Positions 35,963 through 46,464 of a stretch of DNA of 48,734 nt are shown here, one piece after another. The notes beneath the pieces are model-generated. The model had not been told where the DNA came from, did no database searches, and saw only the letters and a program-made list of their open reading frames with translations. This stretch comes from Chloroflexota bacterium. Its GTDB lineage: Bacteria; Chloroflexota; Dehalococcoidia; Bin125. Numbering within the stretch: the first letter of the stretch is position 1; each line of letters begins with the position of its first letter. The stretch spans positions 1-48,734 of the forward strand of contig JAPOXB010000075.1 in NCBI GenBank assembly GCA_026707335.1, in the 5' to 3' direction. The position numbers and the translations under genes are program-made.

Positions 35963-37351
35963 ATGAAAGTCACGACCGAACGCATCCCCGAGGCGCAGAT
36001 CGTCCTCGAGGTCGAACTCGACGACGAGCGCGTCGCCAAGTCGCTCAACCAGGCCGCCAAGCGGCTGTCGCAGCGCTACCGCATCCCCGGCTTCCGCAAG
36101 GGCAAGGCGCCCCGCGTGATCGTCGAGCAGACCCTCGGCGCCGAGGCCGTCTTCGAAGAGGCCATGGAGCGCATGATCCCCAACGCCTACGAGCAGGCCA
36201 TCAAGGACGAGGGCATCGAGCCCATCGGCCCGCCCGAGGTGGACAACATCGACCGCGACCCCTTCCGCTTCCGCGCCCGCCTGCCCATGCCGCCCGAGAT
36301 CGACCTCGGCCCCTACCGCGAGATCGCGCGCATAGAGGAGCCCGTCGTCGTCAGCGACGACGACCTCGCCGACGCCGTCCTCGAGGTGCGCCGCAGCCAC
36401 GCCGTGCTTGAGCCCGTCGAGCGGCCCGTCGAACTCAACGATCGGCTCAAGGCCGACGTCCGCGCCACGATCAACGGCCAGCAGGCCCTCGACCAACCCG
36501 ACGCCGACTTCCACGTGCGCGAGGGCATGGTCATCGGCATCCCCGGCGTGGTCGACGAGTTGGTCGGCCTCGGCCTGGGCGAGCACACCTTCGCGGTCGA
36601 CGCGCCCGACGATTGGGACGACGAGGACGTCGCGGGCAAGACCGCGGTCTTCACCGTGACCATCAAGGAGATCAAGAAGGAGATCCTGCCCGACGCCGAC
36701 GACGACCTCGCCAGCGAGGCGGGCGAGGTCGACTCGTTCGAGGAACTGCGCGCCAAACTGCGGGAGGATCTGCGCACCCGAGCGGAGGAGCGTTCGCTTG
36801 AGGACCACAACGAGGCGCTCCTGCAGGCTGTCATCGGGGGCGCGTCGATCGAGTTCCCGCCGCTGCTGGCCCAGAACGAGATCGAGCACATGCTGCACGA
36901 GGTCGCCCGGAGCATCGGCCAGGATCCGCGGGAGTTGGTCCAATCACAGGATCCGAAGGTCATCCAGATGCGCGAGCGCATGCGCGAGGAAGCTGCGGTG
37001 CGCGTGCGCCGCGGTCTCGTCATCGAAAAAGTGGCCGAGGCCGAGTCGATCGAGGTTGGCGAGGACGACATCGAGGCGGAATTCGACCGCATCGCGGGCA
37101 ACGGCCCGCAGGCCGAGCAGGTCCGCAACATGATCGACACCCCGGGCGGTCGCGCCATGACGCGCCGCAACCTGATCAGCGCCCGCGTCATTGACCGCCT
37201 CAGCGAGATCGCCCGCGAGAACGCGCTCGCCGCCGAGGACGTTGAAGAGGACACGCCCGCCGACGACGATGCAAACGCGGAGGCCCCGGACGGGGCCGCG
37301 CCGGCCGCGGACGATCCGGACGCGGCTGGCCCCGAGCAAGCGGATGAGTAA
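35963..37351 (+). CDS. tig: Trigger factor
   Basis: The product begins MKVTTERIPEAQIVLEVELDDERV and contains the ribosome-binding signature RIPGFRKGKAP. The gene sits in the conserved order tig-clpP-clpX. Confidence 0.95.
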   Translation: MKVTTERIPEAQIVLEVELDDERVAKSLNQAAKRLSQRYRIPGFRKGKAPRVIVEQTLGAEAVFEEAMERMIPNAYEQAIKDEGIEPIGPPEVDNIDRDPFRFRARLPMPPEIDLGPYREIARIEEPVVVSDDDLADAVLEVRRSHAVLEPVERPVELNDRLKADVRATINGQQALDQPDADFHVREGMVIGIPGVVDELVGLGLGEHTFAVDAPDDWDDEDVAGKTAVFTVTIKEIKKEILPDADDDLASEAGEVDSFEELRAKLREDLRTRAEERSLEDHNEALLQAVIGGASIEFPPLLAQNEIEHMLHEVARSIGQDPRELVQSQDPKVIQMRERMREEAAVRVRRGLVIEKVAEAESIEVGEDDIEAEFDRIAGNGPQAEQVRNMIDTPGGRAMTRRNLISARVIDRLSEIARENALAAEDVEEDTPADDDANAEAPDGAAPAADDPDAAGPEQADE

Positions 37352-37430
37352 GCTCGGATCGGCGCACGTCCGCCCGGTACACTGAAGTCAGGCGCCGCGG
37401 CCGCCCGGTCGCGGCCGGCAAGGAGAAGCG

Positions 37431-38066
37431 ATGTCCCTGGTCCACCCCGCCGCGATCGTCCCCATGGTCGTCGAGAGCACGAACCGCGGCGAACGCGCCT
37501 ACGACATCTACTCGCTGCTTCTGCGCGAACGCATCATCTTCCTCGGCACCCCCATCGACGACCAGGTCGCCAACGTCATCGTCGCCCAGTTGCTCTACCT
37601 CAACCGCGAGGATCCGGAGCGCGACATCCAGCTCTACATCCACTCTCCCGGCGGCTCGATCACCGCCGGCCTCGCCGTCTATGACACGATGCAGTTGATG
37701 GACGCGAACATCTCCACCATCTGCGTGGGCATGGCCGCCTCGTTCGGCACCGTGCTGCTCTCGGCCGGCGCGCCCGGCAAGCGCTACGCGCTGCCCAACT
37801 CCACCGTCCACATGCACCAGGCCCTCGGCGGCGCCCGCGGCCAGGCCTCCGACATCGAGATCGCCGCCCGCGAGATCTTGCGCGAGAACGAGATCATCCG
37901 CGGCATCCTGGCCGAGCACACCGGCCAGCCGCTCGACGTCATCAAGCGCGATACCGACCGCGATTTCTATCTCGACGCCGAACAGGCGAAGGAGTACGGC
38001 CTGATCGACGAGGTCCTCAGCGGCCCCGCCGGCCGGGACGACTCCGCCGCCGCCGCGGCGTCCTGA
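37431..38066 (+). CDS. clpP: ATP-dependent Clp protease proteolytic subunit
   Basis: ..[19 protein letters not shown].. and catalytic-region motifs (GMAASFG, HMHQ). An AAGGAG SD lies upstream. Confidence 0.95.
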   Translation: MSLVHPAAIVPMVVESTNRGERAYDIYSLLLRERIIFLGTPIDDQVANVIVAQLLYLNREDPERDIQLYIHSPGGSITAGLAVYDTMQLMDANISTICVGMAASFGTVLLSAGAPGKRYALPNSTVHMHQALGGARGQASDIEIAAREILRENEIIRGILAEHTGQPLDVIKRDTDRDFYLDAEQAKEYGLIDEVLSGPAGRDDSAAAAAS

Positions 38067-38134
38067 CGGCCCGCCGCCGCGCTCCCCCACGGGCGCCGGC
38101 GGACGACCGGGCGATTACCTGGGAGGAGCGCGCA

Positions 38135-39487
<1,353 letters not shown>

Positions 39488-39522
39488 GCCCCCGCCCGCT
39501 TGTCCTTGGTTAGTCGGCTCCC

Positions 39523-40275
39523 ATGCCGCCCGGGCCCCAGCCGCTCGACCAACTGCTCGTCGCGCGCGGCCTCGCCGCCGATCGCACGCAGGCCCGCGCG
39601 CTGATCATGGCCGGCCGTGTCAGCGGCCGCGACCGCCGCTACACCAAGCCCGGCCTTCGCCTCCCCGCCGCGGCCGACCTCCGCGTCCGCCCCGCCGCGC
39701 CCTACGTCTCCCGCGCCGGTGAGAAGCTGGCCGCCGCCCTCGATGCCTGGCCGATCGGCGTCGAGGGGCGCGTGTGCCTCGACGTCGGCGCGAGCACGGG
39801 CGGCTTCAGCGACTGCCTGCTCCAGCGCGGCGCCGCGTGCGTCTACGCCGTCGACGTCGGCTACGGCCAGCTTGCCGCCGCCCTGCGCGACGACCGCCGG
39901 ATCGTCGTCATGGAGCGCACGCACGTGCGCGACCTGCCCCCGCTCGACCCAGCTCCCAGCCTGCTCACCGTCGATGTCTCGTTCCTCTCCGCGCGCGCCG
40001 CGCTGGCCGCCGCCGTCCCCCGCGCCGCCCCCGCCGCCGACGTCGTGGTGCTCGTCAAACCGCAGTTCGAATTGCCCCGCGACGACGTCGGCGAGGACGG
40101 CGTCGTCACCGACCCCGCCCTGCACGCCGCGGCCGTCGGGCTCGTGCTCGCCTGGGCGGGCGAGCGCGGCTGGCGTCGCGCCGGCGTCGTCGCCTCGCCC
40201 CTGCGCGGGCCCGCTGGCAACCGCGAGTTCCTCTGCTGGCTGAAGGCGCCCGAAGCGGCCGGAGGGCCGTCGTGA
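39523..40275 (+). CDS. tlyA: TlyA-family rRNA (cytidine-2'-O)-methyltransferase
   Basis: An S4-like N-terminus (LDQLLVARGLA..RTQARALIMAGRV), then YVSRAGEKL and the SAM motif LDVGASTGGFSDCLLQRGA. Confidence 0.85.
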   Translation: MPPGPQPLDQLLVARGLAADRTQARALIMAGRVSGRDRRYTKPGLRLPAAADLRVRPAAPYVSRAGEKLAAALDAWPIGVEGRVCLDVGASTGGFSDCLLQRGAACVYAVDVGYGQLAAALRDDRRIVVMERTHVRDLPPLDPAPSLLTVDVSFLSARAALAAAVPRAAPAADVVVLVKPQFELPRDDVGEDGVVTDPALHAAAVGLVLAWAGERGWRRAGVVASPLRGPAGNREFLCWLKAPEAAGGPS

Positions 40276-41186
40276 GCAGCCTCCGGAAGGTCGGCATCTA
40301 CCACCACCCCCAACTCGACGCCGCCCGCGACTTCGCCGCCGAGCTGCACGACCGATTCCGCCCCCACGTCGCCGAGGTCTGGCGCTCCTCGGCCTGGGAC
40401 CCCGAGCGCTCCACCCGCGACCTGCCCGGCACCGACCTGCTGGTCAGCGTCGGCGGCGACGGCACGGTGCTGCGCGCCGCCCGCGCCGTCGTGCCCAACC
40501 CCACCCGCATCCTCGGCGTCGACATGGGCCGCCTGGCCTTCCTCACCGAGGTCACGCCCCAGGGCCTGCGCGACCGTTTCGACGCGCTGCTCGCCGGGCG
40601 CTACCGCGTCGAGGAGCGCACCATGCTCGACGTCGCCTTCCACAACGCCCCCGAGGCGGAAGCTGGCGCCCCGAGTCACGCCCTCAACGACGTCATGCTC
40701 GGCCGCACCGGCCTGGGTCGCCCCGTCTACATCAACGTCGAGGTCAACGGGGCGTTGATCGGCGTTATCCGCGCCGACGCCGTGGTCGTCGCGACCGCCA
40801 CCGGCAGCACGGGCTACTCGCTCTCCGCCGGCGGCCCCATCCTCGACCCGGCGGCCCGCAGCATCGTCGTCACCCCCGTCGCGCCGCACCTCGCGGCTGC
40901 CGCGCCCCTGGTCGTGCCGCACGACTCCGTCGTGGCGCTCAGCCCGGCCCAGGAGGGCGGCGTCGCCTTCAGCGTCGACGGCCAGGGGCAGTTCCCGGCC
41001 GGCGCCGGAGCGCGGGTGGAGGTACGCCGCAGCGAGCACGTCGCGCGGCTGATCCGCTTCGACGAGCAGCCGTTCTTCGCGCAACTGGGCCGTCGTCTGG
41101 CCTGGCTCGACGAGCGGCGGCTGGCCGGCGCCGATCAGCCCCCGCTGCCCCTGCCCGGGGCGCCGTCCGAACAGCCCCCGGAATAG
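40272..41186 (+). CDS. nadK: NAD kinase
   Basis: The GTG at 40272 overlaps the tlyA stop (GTGA). Motifs are GGDGTVLRAAR, NDVML and ATATGSTGYSLSAGGPI. The Arg-rich 166 aa upstream in the track ORF are off-target overlap with tlyA. Confidence 0.85.
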   Translation: MSSLRKVGIYHHPQLDAARDFAAELHDRFRPHVAEVWRSSAWDPERSTRDLPGTDLLVSVGGDGTVLRAARAVVPNPTRILGVDMGRLAFLTEVTPQGLRDRFDALLAGRYRVEERTMLDVAFHNAPEAEAGAPSHALNDVMLGRTGLGRPVYINVEVNGALIGVIRADAVVVATATGSTGYSLSAGGPILDPAARSIVVTPVAPHLAAAAPLVVPHDSVVALSPAQEGGVAFSVDGQGQFPAGAGARVEVRRSEHVARLIRFDEQPFFAQLGRRLAWLDERRLAGADQPPLPLPGAPSEQPPE

Positions 41187-41210
41187 CCCCGCCGCGACGG
41201 GGATTTTGAG
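41187..41210 (+). terminator. Weak intrinsic terminator candidate after nadK
   Basis: CCCCG-ccgcga-CGGGG (41187-41202) followed by ATTTTGAG. The stem is only 5 bp. Confidence 0.3.
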
Positions 41211-41316
41211 TTCCGCCGCTACGACCGACGCCCGCGCTCCGCTACGATGGGGACTCCCTCCCGCACCGACGCCCGGAGCCACAGCCAGCCCGGCGTCGTA
41301 TTCCGATCGAGGGAGC

Positions 41317-41844
41317 ATGACGACGACCCAGCCGCCGCCGCTGCCGCAGCAGCCCGACGCCCCGGCTCCGCCCGCGCTTCGGGCCGAGCCCGCGCGCCTC
41401 TCGGACGTGCCCGGCATCCAGCGCCTCATCCAGTACTGGGCCGACGAGACCGGCGACGTGCTGCCCCGCAGCGAGGGCGAGATCTACGGCACCCTGCGCG
41501 ACTTCATGGTCGTGCGCGACGGCGACCGCCTGCTCGCCGCCGGCGCCCTGCACATCGAGTGGAAGGACTTGGCCGAGGTCAAGTCGATGGTCGTCGATCC
41601 GGGGCAGCAGGGCCGGGGTCTGGGACGCATCGTGGTCGAGGCGCTGCTCGAGGAGGCGCGCGGACTGGGCCTGCGCACGGTCTTCGCGCTCACGACCACG
41701 CCCGCCTTCTTCGAGCGGCTGGGCTTCCGGCAGGCCGCCGTCTCGGCCTTCCCCCGCAAGGTCTGGAACGAGTGCTTCCGCTGCCCCAAGTACACCAACT
41801 GCGACGAGGTCGCCCTCTCCATCGACCTGCGGCCGCCCGCGTGA
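41317..41844 (+). CDS. GNAT-family N-acetyltransferase (short ArgA/N-acetylglutamate-synthase-like)
   Basis: The acetyl-CoA motif is VVDPGQQGRGLGRIVVEAL. The C-terminal segment is KVWNECFRCPKYTNCDE. The ATG at 41317 is preceded by GAGGGAG. The track ORF starts at a TTG at 41206. Confidence 0.8.
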   Translation: MTTTQPPPLPQQPDAPAPPALRAEPARLSDVPGIQRLIQYWADETGDVLPRSEGEIYGTLRDFMVVRDGDRLLAAGALHIEWKDLAEVKSMVVDPGQQGRGLGRIVVEALLEEARGLGLRTVFALTTTPAFFERLGFRQAAVSAFPRKVWNECFRCPKYTNCDEVALSIDLRPPA

Positions 41845-42437
41845 GCGACCCACCCCCGCCCGACCCGCTCCAGGAGGAGACCGTCTCCAGCGAGCGCCTC
41901 TATGAGGGGCGGATCGTCAGCGTGCGCCGTGATACCCAGCGTCTCGCCGACGGGCGTGAGGCCGGCCGCGAGGTGGTCGAGCACGCGCCGGCCGTGGTCA
42001 TCCTCGCGTTCGACGAGGAGGGCCGCATCGTGTTCGTGCGCCAGTGGCGATCGCCCGCCGGGCGGCCGCTGCTGGAGTTGCCGGCCGGCGGCGTCGAGCC
42101 GGGCGAGGATCCGCGCGCCTGCGCCGCGCGCGAACTCCAGGAGGAGGCGGGGCTGAAGCCCGGCTCGCTGGAGCCGCTGCCGAGCTTCTACGTCGCGCCG
42201 GGCTGGGCCACCGAGTACCTCTACGGCTTCCTCGCCCGCGACTGCGAGCCCTCCCGCCTGCCCGGCGACGCCGACGAGCGCCTCGTCGTGGAGCGCTACA
42301 CCCTGGGTGAGGCGATGGACCTGATCGTCGCCGGCGAGATCGAGGACGCCAAGAGCATCATCTGCCTGCAGGCTGTCGCGCTGCGGGCGGTGGGCGCCCT
42401 CGGCGCGAAGGTCATCCGCTTCTACGCGGGGGAGTAG
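41841..42437 (+). CDS. Nudix hydrolase, ADP-ribose pyrophosphatase-like
   Basis: The GTG at 41841 overlaps the upstream stop (GTGA). The Nudix box is AGGVEPGEDPRACAARELQEEAGL. The N-terminal LYEGRIVSVRRD is typical of ADPRases. Confidence 0.8.
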   Translation: MSDPPPPDPLQEETVSSERLYEGRIVSVRRDTQRLADGREAGREVVEHAPAVVILAFDEEGRIVFVRQWRSPAGRPLLELPAGGVEPGEDPRACAARELQEEAGLKPGSLEPLPSFYVAPGWATEYLYGFLARDCEPSRLPGDADERLVVERYTLGEAMDLIVAGEIEDAKSIICLQAVALRAVGALGAKVIRFYAGE

Positions 42438-42477
42438 TCCCGGCGTCGCGGCTCGCCCTGCCCAGATAGCCGGCAAA

Positions 42478-42506
42478 TTGAACGGCCCAGAACCCCCGTG
42501 TACGAT
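42478..42506 (+). promoter_or_regulatory. Promoter candidate for the sdh operon (TTGAAC - 17 bp - TACGAT)
   Basis: The hexamers are at 42478-42483 and 42501-42506. They lie 43 nt upstream of the sdhA GTG, and a GAGGGGAG SD is present. Confidence 0.45.
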
Positions 42507-42548
42507 CGCTCCTGCCGCGGGCCCGCCCGCGCGAGGGGAGATGCCTGA

Positions 42549-44279
42549 GTGCTCCAACACGACGTCCTGATCGTCGGGTCCGGCCTCGCCGGGATGCGCG
42601 CGGCGCTCGAAGTCTCCCAGGATCCCGGCATCGACGTCGCGATCCTCACCAAGGTCCACCCGCTTCGTTCCCATTCCGGCGCCGCCCAGGGCGGTATCGC
42701 CGCCTCGCTCGGCAACTCCTCGGACGACGACTCCTGGGAGCTGCACATGTACGACACGGTCAAGGGCGGCGACTTCCTCGTCGACCAGAACGCGGCCGAG
42801 ATCCTGGGCCGCGAGGCGCCGGAGAACATCTTCGAACTCGAACACATGGGCTGCGCCTTCTCCCGCATGGACGACGGCCGCATCGCGCAGCGGCGCTTCG
42901 GCGGGCACACCGCCCCGCGCGCCGTCTACGCCGCCGACCGCACCGGCCACGCCCTGCTCACCGTCCTCTTCGAGCAGTTGCTCAAGCGGGGCGTCAAGGT
43001 CTACAGCGAGTGGTACGCCCTCGACCTCGTGATCCGCGACAACACCTGCCAGGGCCTCGTCGCCTACGACATCCTCAGCGGCGGCATCGAGGCCATCCAG
43101 GCCAAGGCCGTCATGTTCGCGACGGGCGGCTACGGCCGCACTTTCCGCATCACGACCAACGCCTTCGCCTCCACCGGCGACGGCGTGGTGATGGCCTACC
43201 GCGCCGGCATCCCGCTGCAGGACATGGAGTTCGTTCAGTTCCACCCGACCGGGCTGCAGGGCTCCGGCATCCTGCTCAGCGAGGCCGCCCGCGGCGAGGG
43301 CGCCCACCTCGTCAACGCGCAGGGCAAGCGCTTCATGGAGGATTACGCGCCCGGCCGCATGGAGCTCGCCCCCCGCGACATCGTCGCCCGCGCAGAGCAG
43401 TCGGAGATCGACGCCGGCCGCGGCGTCACCGAGAAGGGCGATTCGGTCTTCATGGATCTGCGCCCCATCGGCGAGCAGCGCATCCGCTACGCGCTGCCCT
43501 CCGTGATGCACCTGGCGCGCGACTTCGTCGGCCTCGACCCCATCCAGGATCCAATCCCCATCCAGCCCACCGCGCACTACTCGATGGGCGGCATCCCCTG
43601 CGACGTCGACGGGCAGGTGCGTCTCAAGGACCAGGACGACGCGCCCATCACCGGCTTCTACGCCGCCGGCGAGTGCTCCTGCGTCTCCGTCCACGGGGCC
43701 AACCGGCTGGGCACCAACTCGCTGCTGGAGGCGGTGGTCTTCGGCCGCCGCACCGGCCGCGCGATCCGCGACCAGGTCCGCGACCTCGCCCCGACGAGCA
43801 TCAGCGAGGGCGAAATGCAGCCCGCGGTCGCCGAGGTCGACCGCTTCATCCGCGGCGACGGCTCGGAGAGCGTCGGCGCGATCCGCGCCGACCTGCGCGA
43901 CGTGATGATGGACAAGTGCGGCGTCTTCCGGGAGGCCGGACAGCTGCAGGAGTGCCTGAGCGACGTCAAGGATCTGCAGGCGCGCTTCGCGAAATCGCGC
44001 ATCGACGACCGCGGCACGATCTTCAACACCGACCTGCTGGACGCCATTGAACTCGGGCACATGCTGGAGTTCTCCGAGGTCATCACCGTCGGCGCGATCA
44101 ACCGCACCGAGAGTCGGGGCGGCCACGCGCGTCGCGACTACCCGACCCGCGACGACGAGCAGTGGTTCAAGCACACGCTCGCCTACCGCGACGACGACGG
44201 CCCCCGCCTGACCTACAGCGCGGTCAACATGGCGCCCCGTCACCGCGAGGCCTATCCGCCGGAGGAACGCAAGTACTGA
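42549..44279 (+). CDS. sdhA: Succinate dehydrogenase / fumarate reductase flavoprotein subunit
   Basis: The FAD dinucleotide fold is DVLIVGSGLAGMRAA. RSHSGAAQGGI contains the FAD-linking His. The catalytic segments HPTG and RGEG are also present. Confidence 0.95.
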   Translation: MLQHDVLIVGSGLAGMRAALEVSQDPGIDVAILTKVHPLRSHSGAAQGGIAASLGNSSDDDSWELHMYDTVKGGDFLVDQNAAEILGREAPENIFELEHMGCAFSRMDDGRIAQRRFGGHTAPRAVYAADRTGHALLTVLFEQLLKRGVKVYSEWYALDLVIRDNTCQGLVAYDILSGGIEAIQAKAVMFATGGYGRTFRITTNAFASTGDGVVMAYRAGIPLQDMEFVQFHPTGLQGSGILLSEAARGEGAHLVNAQGKRFMEDYAPGRMELAPRDIVARAEQSEIDAGRGVTEKGDSVFMDLRPIGEQRIRYALPSVMHLARDFVGLDPIQDPIPIQPTAHYSMGGIPCDVDGQVRLKDQDDAPITGFYAAGECSCVSVHGANRLGTNSLLEAVVFGRRTGRAIRDQVRDLAPTSISEGEMQPAVAEVDRFIRGDGSESVGAIRADLRDVMMDKCGVFREAGQLQECLSDVKDLQARFAKSRIDDRGTIFNTDLLDAIELGHMLEFSEVITVGAINRTESRGGHARRDYPTRDDEQWFKHTLAYRDDDGPRLTYSAVNMAPRHREAYPPEERKY

Positions 44280-44313
44280 GCGCCGCGGCCGCCCGGCGCG
44301 CAGGAGGACGACG

Positions 44314-45348
44314 ATGCCCACTCAGCGCTTCCTCATCGACCGTTACGACCCGGCCGACGACCGCGCCTACGAGCAGGAGTTCAGCGTCGATTACGAGCCC
44401 GGCCAGACCGTGCTCGACTGCCTCAACATCATCCGCTGGGAGCAGGACGGCACGCTCTCGCTGCGCATGTCCTGCCGGCACGCCATCTGCGGCTCCTGCG
44501 CCGTCAAGATCAACGGCCGCTCCGGCCTCGCCTGTCAGACGCAGGTGCCTGCCGCCGCCGATCGGGGCGACCCGATCCGCATCGGCCCGCAGGGCAACCA
44601 GACCGTGATCAAGGACCTGGTCGTCGACTCGCACAAGTTCATGGAGCAGTTCGAGCGCGCCGAGACCTGGTTGCAGCCGCACGAGGGGCAGGAGCCGCCC
44701 GTCCGCGAGTACCGCCAGGACAAGGACGAGTTCGACCACTGGCAGCACGCCTCAACCTGCATCCACTGCGGCGCCTGCTACTCCGACTGCACCGTCGCCG
44801 CCGTCGATCCGAAGTTCCTCGGTCCTGCCGCGCTGGCCAAGGCCTACCGCTTCGTGATGGACAGCCGCGACTCACGGAAGCAGGAGCGGTTGGAGGCGCT
44901 CTCGCGCATGCACGGCGGCATCTGGGACTGCACCCGCTGCTTCATGTGCGTCGAGGCCTGCCCGAAGGACGTGCTGCCCATGGACGCCATCATGGAGCTG
45001 CGGACCGAGGCGATTCAGGCCGGCGTGACCAACAACCACGGCACCCGCCACCACAAGGCCTTCGCCGGCGGCGTCGCCAAGCGCGGCCGCCTCGACGAGG
45101 CCACGCTGCCCATCCTCTCGGCGGGCTTCGGCCCCGGCGCCATCCCCGAGATGCTTGGCTACACCCCCGGCGCGATCCGGATGCTCAAGTCGCGCAAGCT
45201 GATCGCCGCCGCCCGCCGCCACGGCGCCAGCAAGGAGGGCCGCCGTGAGATCCGACGCCTCTTCGACGAGGTGGCCGACGAGAAGCACCACCACGACGTC
45301 AACCGCGAGGCCTTCGGCACGCAGTACGCCGAAGCGCTGCGCACCTAG
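44314..45348 (+). CDS. sdhB: Succinate dehydrogenase / fumarate reductase iron-sulfur subunit (extended, 344 aa)
   Basis: The 2Fe-2S motif is SCRHAICGSCAVKINGRSGLAC. Two full ferredoxin motifs follow: CIHCGACYSDC and CTRCFMCVEACP. Confidence 0.9.
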   Translation: MPTQRFLIDRYDPADDRAYEQEFSVDYEPGQTVLDCLNIIRWEQDGTLSLRMSCRHAICGSCAVKINGRSGLACQTQVPAAADRGDPIRIGPQGNQTVIKDLVVDSHKFMEQFERAETWLQPHEGQEPPVREYRQDKDEFDHWQHASTCIHCGACYSDCTVAAVDPKFLGPAALAKAYRFVMDSRDSRKQERLEALSRMHGGIWDCTRCFMCVEACPKDVLPMDAIMELRTEAIQAGVTNNHGTRHHKAFAGGVAKRGRLDEATLPILSAGFGPGAIPEMLGYTPGAIRMLKSRKLIAAARRHGASKEGRREIRRLFDEVADEKHHHDVNREAFGTQYAEALRT

Positions 45349-45379
45349 CCACGACAAGGAACGACGAGGAACCCGCCCC

Positions 45380-46255
45380 GTGAAGTATGCCTTCTGGCCC
45401 GGCTGCGTCTCCCGCGGCGCCGCCCCCGAGCTCTACAAGTCCACCCTCGCCGTCGCCGAGCACATCGGCATCGAACTGGTCGAGTTGGAGGCCGCCGCCT
45501 GCACCGGGGCCGGCATCATCTCCGACGGCGACCCCTACCTGCAGGACACGCTCAACGCCCGCACCCTCGCCATGGCCGAGCAGATGGATCTGCCCCTGAT
45601 GGACATCTGCTCGACCTGCATCGGCGTGCACAGCCTGGCCCGCGAGAAGCTGGGCAACGAGGACTACCGCGCCCGCATCAACGAGCGCCTCGCCCCCGAG
45701 GGCCTCTCGTACAGCGGCACGGCCGAGCCGCGCCACCTGCTCTGGATCCTGCTGGAGGACTTCGAGCGGGGTGCGCTCAACCACCTCATCCGCACGCCGC
45801 TGAGCGAGCTCAACCTGGGGCCGTTCTACGGCTGCTACATTCTGCGCCCGGAGCGGGTGCTCGGCTTCGATGAGAATCCCCACCGGCGCAACAGCCTGGA
45901 GGCCGCCATCGAGTTGGTCGGCGCGACCACCGTCACCTACGACGGCATGACCAAGTGCTGCGGCTTCCCCATCCTCACGACCAACAAGACCAACTCCCTC
46001 ACCATGGCCGGCACGCACGTCGGCGAGGCGCAGGACAAGGGCGCCGACGCGCTCGTCACGCCCTGCCCGCTCTGCCACCTCAACCTCGATGCGCAGCAGG
46101 CCGACGCTGCCCGCGTCATCCAGCGCAAGCTCGACCTGCCCATCCTGCACATCCCGCAGCTCATCGGGCTGGCCATGGGCCTCGAACCGGAGAAGCTGGG
46201 CCTCAACCGGCACGTCGTGGATACGAAGCCGTTGCTCGCCAAGGCGGGTTTCTGA
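45380..46255 (+). CDS. HdrB-like cysteine-rich (CCG-domain) subunit of a non-classical succinate dehydrogenase (SdhE/'SdhC' of type-E enzymes)
   Basis: The GTG at 45380 follows a GAGGA SD. Two CCG-type segments are present (..FWPGCVSRG.., ..MTKCCGFP.., ..PCPLCHLNLD). It lies directly downstream of sdhAB. Confidence 0.8.
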   Translation: MKYAFWPGCVSRGAAPELYKSTLAVAEHIGIELVELEAAACTGAGIISDGDPYLQDTLNARTLAMAEQMDLPLMDICSTCIGVHSLAREKLGNEDYRARINERLAPEGLSYSGTAEPRHLLWILLEDFERGALNHLIRTPLSELNLGPFYGCYILRPERVLGFDENPHRRNSLEAAIELVGATTVTYDGMTKCCGFPILTTNKTNSLTMAGTHVGEAQDKGADALVTPCPLCHLNLDAQQADAARVIQRKLDLPILHIPQLIGLAMGLEPEKLGLNRHVVDTKPLLAKAGF

Positions 46256-46273
46256 CCAACCTGCCTTATTTTC
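46241..46273 (+). terminator. Intrinsic terminator after the sdh operon
   Basis: A 10-bp stem AAGGCGGGTT/AACCTGCCTT (one G-U pair) at 46241-46250 and 46258-46267. The loop contains the stop codon. ATTTTCGT follows. Confidence 0.55.
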
Positions 46274-46379
46274 GTAAACCGCACTGGACGCAAATAGACT
46301 ACTCTCCTGTTTTCGCTTCGGCGAACAAGATCCACGCCCATGCCGTGTCAATCCCGTCATGCTGGCGGGGTATGACCGG

Positions 46380-46408
46380 TTGACGCCATCGCTTGTTGTC
46401 GATACAGT
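46380..46408 (+). promoter_or_regulatory. Promoter candidate for fic (TTGACG - 17 bp - TACAGT)
   Basis: The hexamers are at 46380-46385 and 46403-46408, in an AT-richer spacer. They lie 57 nt upstream of the GTG at 46465. Confidence 0.45.
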
Positions 46409-46464
46409 GATGAATCGATAATAGCGACTCGGCTACTTCTCGTTTGCGCGAATAGGGAACTTCC

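Noticed and set aside
42549-46255. Looked for an in-frame TGA (selenocysteine) in the redox genes, because selB is present.
   Set aside because: All three sdh-cluster ORFs, and every other annotated ORF, are continuous. No same-frame ORF pairs are separated by a single TGA.
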